The notes under the pieces were generated by a model. It was not told where the DNA came from. It saw nothing but the letters and a program-made list of their open reading frames with translations, and did no database searches. DNA of 64,000 nt, taken from positions 1,896-65,895 of the forward strand of contig JAUIFH010000012.1 of the NCBI GenBank assembly GCA_030429495.1, read 5' to 3'. The first letter of the stretch is position 1; the number at the start of each line of letters is the position of its first letter. Below are positions 1-7,494 of this stretch, piece after piece. The translations under genes were made by a program, and so were the position numbers. Origin of the DNA: Alphaproteobacteria bacterium (GTDB lineage: Bacteria; Pseudomonadota; Alphaproteobacteria; Rhodobacterales; Rhodobacteraceae).

Positions 1-6
1 GCTGGT

Positions 7-46
7 TTGGACCAATTATTTGATTTGGTGCTTTTGGTTCAGACCA
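7..46. promoter_or_regulatory. Candidate GntR-type operator elements upstream of the binding-protein gene
   Basis: TTGGACCAAT at 7..16 and TGGTTCAGACCA at 35..46 (TGGT-N4-ACCA dyad) lie in an AT-rich leader. The same TGGACCAAT 9-mer recurs at 4310..4318. Confidence 0.35.
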
Positions 47-151
47 GATTGCCTAACTGGTTCCATGCCTGTCAATAAATTAAATTGCACCGGGATAATA
101 ATCTTGCCGAAAGGGACTCCCCTTGGAACGGAAATGGCCTAATCATGACGT

Positions 152-1447
152 ATGAGCTCAGGCAGTTTCGCGCACAGGCTGGCAGTAAGGGGGTCGCTTC
201 CGCGGCTGACGGCGGGCGTGGCGGATACGATCAATATCGGCTTTCTCGCCCCCCTGACCGGACCGGTGGAGGCATGGGGCCTTCCTGGGCTAAACGGTTG
301 TCATATCTGGACTGACAGCATCAATCGCGACGGCGGCCTCGTCCTCGGCGGGCGCCGGCGCCACATCCGGATCATCCCGTTCGACTGCGGCTATGACCCG
401 GCCCTGGCGCTTCAGGGCGTTCGGCGGCTGGTGCAGGATCATGACATCAAACTTCTGCTGACTCTGGGGGGCGACATCCTGACCCCGATCATCGATTACC
501 TGACCGATCGGAAGATCCTGACGGCCACGCTGCTGCCGAGCGACCTGTCACCAGACACGCCCTACCTGATCGCGCCAAGCGAATCACATCCGATCTACAA
601 CGTCACCGCGATCGACTGGCTTGCACGGACGCGGCCGGAACTGCGCCGGATCGCACTGTGCTCGCAGACCGACGCGCTGGGGCTCCCGTCGCTCGCGACC
701 TATCGCGCGGCATGCGCGGCCGCCCGCATCTCGGTCGTGAAGGAAGTGCAGTACGATCCGCGCGACATCGACGCCACCGGCATGGTCCAGTCCATGATGG
801 CCGAAGACCCGGAAATCTTGTGCTGGTGCACCAGCTACACACCGATGGTCCACGCCCTGACCGAAGCTGCGTACAAGGCCGGGTTCAAGGGCCAACTCCT
901 GTCCTGCACCCTCGATTCCTACAAGCGCCTGACCGGGCGGACCTCACCCGCCTTCATGGAGGGCTTCATCTTCCAGTTTCCCGATTTCGACGATCCGGAG
1001 CTGGCGCAAAAGGCGTTTTTCTTCAACCGCCCCAAGGACTTCTATACCGAGTACCAGCGGCGGTTCCCGCACAGCTGGACGGCCGTGTCCTGGGAATACG
1101 CAGCCATTCTCGATATCTGGCGTGCAGCGGTGGAACGGGCCGGCAGCGTAGCGCCGGTGTCCGTTCTCGCCGCGATGAAGCAGTCCGGCGCGGTCATGCA
1201 CGCCTTCGGCCCCGCACTCTGGTGGGGGTTGGACATGTTCGGGATCGACAATGCCCTGATCGGCGACTGGCCGGTCGTGCAGATCCAGAACGGCCGCGCG
1301 CGTATTGTCGAGTTCGGGTCGATTCCGGCATGGCTGGAGCGCCACGGCGCGCTGCTGCAGGAGCAGATGATCGCGCTTGGCCAGATGTGGGATCAGCGCC
1401 AGACGCGGTCGGGGCAAGCCGCCCCCGTATCCCGGCGCAGCCTCTGA
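152..1447 (+). CDS. Type-I periplasmic-binding-protein fold protein (LivK/AmiC-like Leu/Ile/Val/amide binding family), apparently without a signal peptide
   Basis: 431-aa ORF with ATG at 152. INIGFLAPLTGPVEAWG...GGL opening is typical of type-I solute-binding proteins. The N-terminus MSSGSFAHRLAVRGSLPRLTAG has no hydrophobic core and no twin-arginine motif. Confidence 0.8.
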   Translation: MSSGSFAHRLAVRGSLPRLTAGVADTINIGFLAPLTGPVEAWGLPGLNGCHIWTDSINRDGGLVLGGRRRHIRIIPFDCGYDPALALQGVRRLVQDHDIKLLLTLGGDILTPIIDYLTDRKILTATLLPSDLSPDTPYLIAPSESHPIYNVTAIDWLARTRPELRRIALCSQTDALGLPSLATYRAACAAARISVVKEVQYDPRDIDATGMVQSMMAEDPEILCWCTSYTPMVHALTEAAYKAGFKGQLLSCTLDSYKRLTGRTSPAFMEGFIFQFPDFDDPELAQKAFFFNRPKDFYTEYQRRFPHSWTAVSWEYAAILDIWRAAVERAGSVAPVSVLAAMKQSGAVMHAFGPALWWGLDMFGIDNALIGDWPVVQIQNGRARIVEFGSIPAWLERHGALLQEQMIALGQMWDQRQTRSGQAAPVSRRSL

Positions 1448-1449
1448 GC

Positions 1450-2226
1450 TCAGGCCTCTTGCAGGAGCAGCTTCTGCTCCTCGATCAGGTGGAGCTTGAT
1501 GAACTCCACCGCAGCCTCGATGTCGCGCGCGGCGATGGCGTTGAAAAGCGTGTTGTAACGCTGCTGGTAGTCGCCGATCCGTTTCGGGGTCAGGTGTCGC
1601 CGCAGCAGGGCAGAACGGAAATTCTGGCGACAGGCGTCGATCGTCAGTTCGTAACACGCGGCGAGAAGAGGGTTGCCCGTCCCGCTCGCGATCTGCCGGT
1701 ACAGTTCTTCCTCCTGGCGCGCGAATTCGGCGGCGTCGGTGCGCACCTGCTCCATCTGCGACAGCGTTTCGCCAAGGGCCTCGATCTGGCGCGGCGTCAT
1801 GTTGATGATGGCCAGCCGGACCATCTCCGGTTCGAGAATGCCCCGCACGACCAGATGGTGCAGCGGGCTCGTGTCCGAGGCCAGCGGCGATGGCGCGGAA
1901 TTGCGGCCGACATCACTTTGATAGGTGACGAAGCTACCGCTGCCGGCCCGCCGGCGGATCACGCGGCGCGTCTCCAGCACGTCAAGCGCTTCGCGGACGG
2001 TGTTGCGCGCCACCCCAAGCTCGGCAGCGAGCGTCCGCTCCGATGGCAGCCGTTCGTCGATCTCGTATTCCTTGGACTCGATCCGCGAGAACAGCGTGTC
2101 TATCACGCCCTGCACCGTCGCGCTGACGGGTTCCTGATCCGAAAAGGGGTCGATGCGGGTCGTCAAGCGGCACTCCGTATCTGCACACGTCGCGACGAGG
2201 ATAGTCCCGGAATCCGGGCGCAACAA
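1450..2226 (-). CDS. GntR family (FadR/FCD subfamily) transcriptional regulator
   Basis: 258-aa ORF. Winged-HTH LPSERTLAAELGVARNTVREALDVLETRRVIRRRAGSGSFV followed by an FCD-like helical C-terminus. The first codon is TTG, preceded by GAGG. An internal GTG (VQGVID) is an alternative start. Confidence 0.85.
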   Translation of the reverse strand: MLRPDSGTILVATCADTECRLTTRIDPFSDQEPVSATVQGVIDTLFSRIESKEYEIDERLPSERTLAAELGVARNTVREALDVLETRRVIRRRAGSGSFVTYQSDVGRNSAPSPLASDTSPLHHLVVRGILEPEMVRLAIINMTPRQIEALGETLSQMEQVRTDAAEFARQEEELYRQIASGTGNPLLAACYELTIDACRQNFRSALLRRHLTPKRIGDYQQRYNTLFNAIAARDIEAAVEFIKLHLIEEQKLLLQEA

Positions 2227-2243
2227 CCCGCCTCGGAACGCGA

Positions 2244-2270
2244 ACGGGCGGCCCTGACCGGGCCGCCCGT
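2244..2270 (-). terminator. GC-rich hairpin downstream of the 2292..4085 permease
   Basis: Perfect 11-bp stem ACGGGCGGCCC / GGGCCGCCCGT with a 5-nt loop, located just past the permease stop on the minus strand. The trailing T-tract is weak. Confidence 0.5.
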
Positions 2271-2291
2271 CACAAGAGGCATTGTCTGGTG

Positions 2292-4085
2292 TCAGCCCGG
2301 GAGGACGAAGAACCAGTTTGCCCAGAGCACAATCGACGCGCCGAGGATCAGCGCGAGATAGGGCAGTATGCCCGCCTTCCGCTCGCCCAGATCGCCGTTG
2401 GACAGGCCGAGGTCCTCAAGCGCCTCAGCCGGGAACTTTCCGCCGTCCTGAACGAAGTGGCGGAACCAGAACACCGGAATGATCAGGGCCGCGAAGATGA
2501 CGCCGGACCAAAGTGCCCCCGAATAGCCCCACACTTTCGCACCCGCGCCAAGCAGCAGCGCATTGACGAAGGCGAGCAGCGTATTGAAGCCGATCAGAGC
2601 GGTCGGCGCCTTCCAGGGACGGTGCACGTGGCCCGAGTCGATGCGGTGAATCCAGCCCGCATTGAGGTTCAGGAAGTTGAAGGTCAGGTAGCCGACGTTC
2701 GAGATGGCGAGAACGTAGAAGTAGCCGCCCGCATCCGAGGCCAACGCCAGCAGGAAGAGGTTGAAGCCAAGGTCCGTCCACATGGCGTTCGTTGGCGCTC
2801 CGTGGTCATTCACATGGCTCAGGAACCGCGGCAGCCAGCCGTCGCGCGACCCTTGGTAGAGCGTCCGCGAGGACCCCGCCATCGCCGTCATGATCGCGAG
2901 GAAGAGCGCCATGATCATGAGGATCACGAAGATCTGCGCGATGACGTTGGAGGAGCTGACCATCGACCCCAGCGCATGGGCAATTCCGGTGCCGTCCACG
3001 ATCCCCGGATCAAGCATTCCCGCGGCCCCGAAGACGCCCTGGAACGAGAACGGGATGACGAAGTAGAAGATCGCACAGAGGATGCCGGAGAAGAAGATTG
3101 CCTTGAACGTGTCGCGCGCCGGATCCTTCATCTCCGCGGTGTAGCAGACCGCGGTCTCGAAGCCGTAGGTTGACCAGGCCGCGATGTAGAGCGCGCCAAG
3201 GAACAGCGTCCAGCCGCCGATATCCCACGATCCCGCATCGCCACCATAAGCGACGGTGGGCGGGACGATATCGCTCACGTTCATGTAGTCGATCGAGCCC
3301 GTCAGGATCGGCACGATGCCGACCAGGAAGAGCGGCACGAGAACGATCACAGCAAGGATCTTCTGCGCCCGTGCGGTCGAGGCGATGCCGCGATGCTGGA
3401 TCGCGAAAATGATCAGCATCAGGACCGCACCGATCACGAAGGTCGAGTTGAAGTGAAGCGTGCCAAGGCCCGGGACCGTGATGTTGAAGGCTTCCCAGAC
3501 ACGGGCAGCCGGGGTCAGCGCCTCGATCGCGGCAGAGGTCGACACTGCCGCGATCGCGTCGGCAACCTGAACGCCCGCATTCGCCGTCATGTAGTCGACG
3601 ACCGCCTGGCTCTCTGCAGTGAACTGCGCCCCGTTTGCGGCGACCCAGTCAAGGACGACCTGGCTGTCGCCGGTCGGGATCGCGAAGAGCGCGTTGAGGA
3701 TATAGCCCGCCGCGATGGCGCATCCGAGCGACAGCACCGGCGACCAGGCGAACCAGTTGCACCAGACCGACAGCGGCGCGATCACCTTGGAATATCGAAG
3801 CCACGCCGTCGCGCCGTAGACCGAGGCGCCGCCTGACTTGTTACCGAACATGCCGGCGATCTCGGCATAGGTGAAGGACTGCGAGAAGCCCATGAACATC
3901 GAGATCATCCAGACCACGAAGGCCGCCTGCCCCGCCACGCCGGCGATGCCGCCGATCGAAAACAGGACGAGCGGCGGAACGCCCGCCGCGACCCAGAAGG
4001 CGCCGCGCCAGTCGAGCGACCGCTGCAGGCTTCCGGAGGGGGCGTAGGCCTTGTCGGGTAAGGCCGAGCTAGTCTCAGTTGGCAT
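2292..4085 (-). CDS. APC-superfamily amino acid/amine permease (597 aa) with a long extramembrane insertion
   Basis: The track ORF is 663 aa. An internal ATG at 4085 is preceded by AAGGAAA and opens MPTETSS... The product has many hydrophobic segments and APC-like GGASVYG / WFAW motifs. The upstream 66 aa look non-coding. Confidence 0.85.
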   Translation of the reverse strand: MPTETSSALPDKAYAPSGSLQRSLDWRGAFWVAAGVPPLVLFSIGGIAGVAGQAAFVVWMISMFMGFSQSFTYAEIAGMFGNKSGGASVYGATAWLRYSKVIAPLSVWCNWFAWSPVLSLGCAIAAGYILNALFAIPTGDSQVVLDWVAANGAQFTAESQAVVDYMTANAGVQVADAIAAVSTSAAIEALTPAARVWEAFNITVPGLGTLHFNSTFVIGAVLMLIIFAIQHRGIASTARAQKILAVIVLVPLFLVGIVPILTGSIDYMNVSDIVPPTVAYGGDAGSWDIGGWTLFLGALYIAAWSTYGFETAVCYTAEMKDPARDTFKAIFFSGILCAIFYFVIPFSFQGVFGAAGMLDPGIVDGTGIAHALGSMVSSSNVIAQIFVILMIMALFLAIMTAMAGSSRTLYQGSRDGWLPRFLSHVNDHGAPTNAMWTDLGFNLFLLALASDAGGYFYVLAISNVGYLTFNFLNLNAGWIHRIDSGHVHRPWKAPTALIGFNTLLAFVNALLLGAGAKVWGYSGALWSGVIFAALIIPVFWFRHFVQDGGKFPAEALEDLGLSNGDLGERKAGILPYLALILGASIVLWANWFFVLPG

Positions 4086-4272
4086 GTTGTTTCCTTTTCC
4101 CTGTTCCTGGCGCGCTTGCCGTCTGACGCCTGCGACATTCCGAGCCGATTGTTGTCGACCACAGGGCGTCGTCGACGCGCCGCGTTCGACTCGGGAACCA
4201 ATTTGCCGCAGATTCTTGCGCCAACAAAGCAAAAATTTGCCTGCTATGAAATAATCATTCACTTTGAGCATT

Positions 4273-4318
4273 ATTGGTCGCAACTGGCGCCATTTTGGGC
4301 GGACCGGACTGGACCAAT
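4273..4318. promoter_or_regulatory. Inverted ATTGGTC ... TGGACCAAT pair in the divergent permease control region
   Basis: ATTGGTC at 4273..4279 and TGGACCAAT at 4310..4318 are inverted copies of GACCAAT. They match the element at 7..16. Confidence 0.35.
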
Positions 4319-4443
4319 CCCCTCAGGAAATTTTCTTGACAGGATGCCGCACCTGAAGTTTCCTGTGCTTTAAAAAAGTTTACGAACGGAAAAGCGTGGG
4401 AGCGCGGTCCGGTAAGCTCAAAGTCAAAACAGAGGGAGAGAAA

Positions 4444-4731
4444 ATGTCAGATCTGACGACACGCATTGAAAAGATGCACCGGCGCGACGTGACCGTCGCC
4501 TGGGCATTCGTAGCGGGCCTCTGGCTCGCCATCGGCTTCGTGGCATGGGCGACATGGGACCTTGCGCCGACCGGCTCGGCCCGGGTCGTGTTGCTTATCG
4601 GCGGCGCGGCGGTGCTGGTGTTCAACACGGCGGCCATCATGGCGATGCTGCGCCATTACCGCGAGGACCGGGACTTCATGTACGGCCTCGACATCAAGTT
4701 CCTCGACGCCGCCCGCGCGGCACGGAGGTAA
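4444..4731 (+). CDS. Small membrane protein (95 aa, 2 predicted TM helices), unknown function
   Basis: ATG at 4444 preceded by GAGGGAGAG. Hydrophobic spans VAWAFVAGLWLAIGFVAWATW and VVLLIGGAAVLVFNTAAIMAML. Third-position codon bias is like the neighbouring genes. Confidence 0.7.
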   Translation: MSDLTTRIEKMHRRDVTVAWAFVAGLWLAIGFVAWATWDLAPTGSARVVLLIGGAAVLVFNTAAIMAMLRHYREDRDFMYGLDIKFLDAARAARR

Positions 4732-4736
4732 CGCAG

Positions 4737-5117
4737 ATGGCGCGCTACACACCTCCCAGCCAGAGCAGGCTTGGTCAGATCGTTGACGTTGTCGTCCTGC
4801 TGGCGATGACAATCGGGTCGCTCTACATCCCACTTTGGCTCAAGCTCGCCGGCAGCGATCAGACCGCCAATATCCCCGAGAACCCGACCTGGGAAAGCCT
4901 TGGCCAGAACCCCGTCATGGTCGAGAAATGGACGCAGCTCGGCTATGCCGATCCCGCTTCCGCGGCGGAGCTGATCACCAGCCGCTTCGACTATTCGTTC
5001 TCGGTCGGCAGCCTGTTGGCGATGATCGTCGTCATCGTCGGCTACTACACGATCATGCTGCGGTTCTCCGAGAAGGAGTATCGCGAAGTTATCACCGAAA
5101 AGTTCAACGGCGACTGA
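4737..5117 (+). CDS. Small membrane protein (126 aa, 2 TM helices with a ~55-aa loop), unknown function
   Basis: ATG at 4737 preceded by GGAGG and 5 nt after the previous stop. TM spans IVDVVVLLAMTIGSLYIPLWL and VGSLLAMIVVIVGYYTIML. The track ORF starts earlier (4545), but that part overlaps the previous gene. Confidence 0.7.
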   Translation: MARYTPPSQSRLGQIVDVVVLLAMTIGSLYIPLWLKLAGSDQTANIPENPTWESLGQNPVMVEKWTQLGYADPASAAELITSRFDYSFSVGSLLAMIVVIVGYYTIMLRFSEKEYREVITEKFNGD

Positions 5118-5135
5118 GGCGGGGGGAGCTAAGTC

Positions 5136-5303
5136 ATGGATATCTGGAACATAATGGAATACGCGGCATGGGCGCTTGCCGCGATCTTCGGCCTTATCAT
5201 CGTTGCCGACTGGCTCAGAACCGACAGCACCTATTCCGAGGACGTTCTCATGTCCTCGCGGGAAGGCGAGCTTGAGGCGATGACCGAAGAGCACAAGATC
5301 TGA
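5136..5303 (+). CDS. Unlisted 55-aa single-TM protein
   Basis: Read by hand: ATG at 5136 preceded by GGGGGGAG. It translates MDIWNIMEYAAWALAAIFGLIIVADWLRTDSTYSEDVLMSSREGELEAMTEEHKI* and stops 10 nt before the permease ATG. It is below the 60-aa track cutoff. Confidence 0.55.
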   Translation: MDIWNIMEYAAWALAAIFGLIIVADWLRTDSTYSEDVLMSSREGELEAMTEEHKI

Positions 5304-5313
5304 GGGGGCGGAG

Positions 5314-6729
5314 ATGACCGATTTCGACATTACCTCCGGCGAAGCCGACGGCATGGGACCGCGCGGCGCTAAAGTCGGACTGCTTCGGGTGCTCGGGCCG
5401 GCGCATGTGTGGGCGCTTGGCGTGGGCATCGTTCTGGTCGGCGAGTACATGGGCTGGAACTTCGCCGTCGGAAAGGGCGGCGCCTATGCCGCGCTGATCG
5501 CATGCTGGTTCGCGGGGCTGCTTTATTCCTGCGTCGCGATGATCGACAGCGAGGTGACATCGACCGTCGCCGCCGCCGGCGGCCAGTATACGCAGGCCAA
5601 GCATATCGTCGGCCCGCTGATGGCATTCAACGTGGGTCTCTACCTCGTCTTCGCCTACACGATGCTTGAGGCGGCCAACGCGATCACCGTTGGCTTCCTG
5701 ATCGACACCGTCGCAGTCATGTCGGGACATGACGGACTCGACCAGAGGCCGTTCATCGTTCTGGCGATCATGTTCCTTGCCTGGCTGAACTATCGCGGCG
5801 TGCTGGCGACGCTGACCTTCAGCCTCGTGATCACTGCGATTGCCTTCAGCGCGATCATCATCCTGTTCCTCGCCACCTCGCCCATCTTCGGCGGGGATGT
5901 GCTGCGTCACAAGGAACTGATCACCGACCTGCCCTATGGCTGGCTCGGCATTCTCGCAGCCATGCATTTCGGCCTGTGGTACTACCTCGGCATCGAGGGC
6001 ACGACCCAGGCCGCCGAGGAGGTCCGCTCCCCCGCCCGCGCCCTGCCCTTCGGGACGCTGGCCGGGATCATGACCCTGCTGATCGCCGCGACGCTGACAT
6101 GGTATGTCTGCGTCGGTCTGATGCCGTGGGAATACCTCGGGCAGGCGGGGGTGCCGCTCTTTGATGCTGCACGTCTTTCCGGATCGACCTTCCTGATGAT
6201 CCTCCTCGGAATCGGCACGCTCTTCGCGACGCTGGCCTCGGCCAATGGCTGTATCAACGACGCCTCACGCGCCTGGTTCGCCATGGGACGTGATCACTAC
6301 CTGCCGTCTTGGTTCGGCGCAGTGCATCCGGTCTACCGGACGCCGTATCGGTCGATCATCTTCCTGGTGCCGATCGCGCTCATCTTCGCGCTTGGCGCAC
6401 CGCTGGATCAGGTGATCACCTTCTCGATCCTGTCGGGGCTTCTGGAATACACGTTCATGCCGATCAACGTGATCCTGTTCCGCAAGAAATGGCCGCTCGA
6501 CACGATCAAGCGCGGATACGAACACCCGTTCCATCCGCTGCCGGCCATCGTTCTGCTGTGCCTTTGCGGCATCGCGTTCTTCGCGGTGTTCCTGGGCTAC
6601 GGCACGCAGCTCGTCGCGATGATCGTGTTCTATGTCATCGTGTCGCTCTGGTTCCACTTCTGGCGCTATCGCTTCGTGCGCCGGGCGGAGCAGTTCACGA
6701 TGCCATGGCCACGCCCGCAAGGGTACTGA
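5314..6729 (+). CDS. APC-superfamily permease, ethanolamine-permease-like (EAT-type)
   Basis: 471 aa. ATG at 5314 preceded by GGGGGCGGAG. HVWALGVGIVLVGEYMGWNFAVGKGG resembles the ethanolamine permease N-terminal signature. About 12 hydrophobic segments. Confidence 0.85.
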   Translation: MTDFDITSGEADGMGPRGAKVGLLRVLGPAHVWALGVGIVLVGEYMGWNFAVGKGGAYAALIACWFAGLLYSCVAMIDSEVTSTVAAAGGQYTQAKHIVGPLMAFNVGLYLVFAYTMLEAANAITVGFLIDTVAVMSGHDGLDQRPFIVLAIMFLAWLNYRGVLATLTFSLVITAIAFSAIIILFLATSPIFGGDVLRHKELITDLPYGWLGILAAMHFGLWYYLGIEGTTQAAEEVRSPARALPFGTLAGIMTLLIAATLTWYVCVGLMPWEYLGQAGVPLFDAARLSGSTFLMILLGIGTLFATLASANGCINDASRAWFAMGRDHYLPSWFGAVHPVYRTPYRSIIFLVPIALIFALGAPLDQVITFSILSGLLEYTFMPINVILFRKKWPLDTIKRGYEHPFHPLPAIVLLCLCGIAFFAVFLGYGTQLVAMIVFYVIVSLWFHFWRYRFVRRAEQFTMPWPRPQGY

Positions 6730-6750
6730 CGCTGGCCGCGACAACAACAA

Positions 6751-6774
6751 TGGCCCGCCCCCGAAGGCGGGCCA
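6751..6774 (+). terminator. Hairpin after the permease operon
   Basis: TGGCCCGCC / GGCGGGCCA 9-bp stem with a 6-nt loop, 22 nt after the stop. No clean T-tract (followed by TTCGAATA). Confidence 0.45.
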
Positions 6775-6795
6775 TTCGAATACGGAATAGCAGCA

Positions 6796-7494
6796 ATGGA
6801 AAAACTATGGCTTGGGATGCTGGCAGCCGCGCTCGGAACGGGCGTGGTTGTCCTTTTTCTGCAATCCATCCGTGCTGCAAGGCTGAGAGCCTCCACGCGG
6901 GCTGCGTATTTCGATGCCTGTTCGGCGCTTTTCACCTCGCCTCGCGTCCGGGTCGAAGACGGCGGCTTCCCCCGGCTGGCCGGCCGCTATGGTGGTGTGG
7001 ACTTTGACCTTCGCGCGGTGCCGGACACGCTAACCTTCCGCAAGCTTCCGGCGCTTTGGGTCCTTGTGACCCTGCCCTGCCCTCTGCCGCTTAGGGCCAA
7101 GCTGGACCTGATGATGCGGTCCACAGGGCTTGAGACGTTCTCGAATTTCCATACCCTGCCCGAGCAGATCGCGGCGCCACCCGGCTTTCCGGAAGAAATC
7201 ACGATACGGACCGATGACCGCCACGCGCTGCCGCCGGATTCGCTGCTTCGCGAGCATCTCGATCTTTTCGACAATCCGGCGGTCAAGGAACTGGTTCTCT
7301 CGCCGAAAGGCCTTCGCATCACCCTGCTTGCAGAAGAGGCGAACCGTGGCCGCTACCTGATCTTTCGCGACGCGGAGGTGGGCGTGACGCCGCTGCCGCC
7401 CGGGCGCCTTGCCCCTTACCTCGACAAGCTGGTGGCGATCAGGGGGCAGATCCTGAGCCTGTCGTCAGCACGACACGAAAGCACCGGCACATGA
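6796..7494 (+). CDS. Hypothetical protein with N-terminal membrane anchor (232 aa)
   Basis: ATG at 6796. N-terminal LGMLAAALGTGVVVLFL anchor and no motif I recognise. Uses several codons that are rare nearby (AGA, AGG, ATA, CTA, many CTT). Its stop overlaps the next start (ATGA). Confidence 0.6.
   Translation: MEKLWLGMLAAALGTGVVVLFLQSIRAARLRASTRAAYFDACSALFTSPRVRVEDGGFPRLAGRYGGVDFDLRAVPDTLTFRKLPALWVLVTLPCPLPLRAKLDLMMRSTGLETFSNFHTLPEQIAAPPGFPEEITIRTDDRHALPPDSLLREHLDLFDNPAVKELVLSPKGLRITLLAEEANRGRYLIFRDAEVGVTPLPPGRLAPYLDKLVAIRGQILSLSSARHESTGT

Noticed and set aside
2292-4283. Longer N-terminal extensions offered by the ORF track. Affected ORFs: 2292..4283, 51570..54023, 47193..49007, 45034..47100, 59514..60848, 55468..56223, 58496..58993 and 38230..38739
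   Set aside because: In each case an internal ATG with a good Shine-Dalgarno coincides with the start of family-typical sequence. The upstream part is AT-rich, low in coding bias, or overlaps a neighbouring feature.
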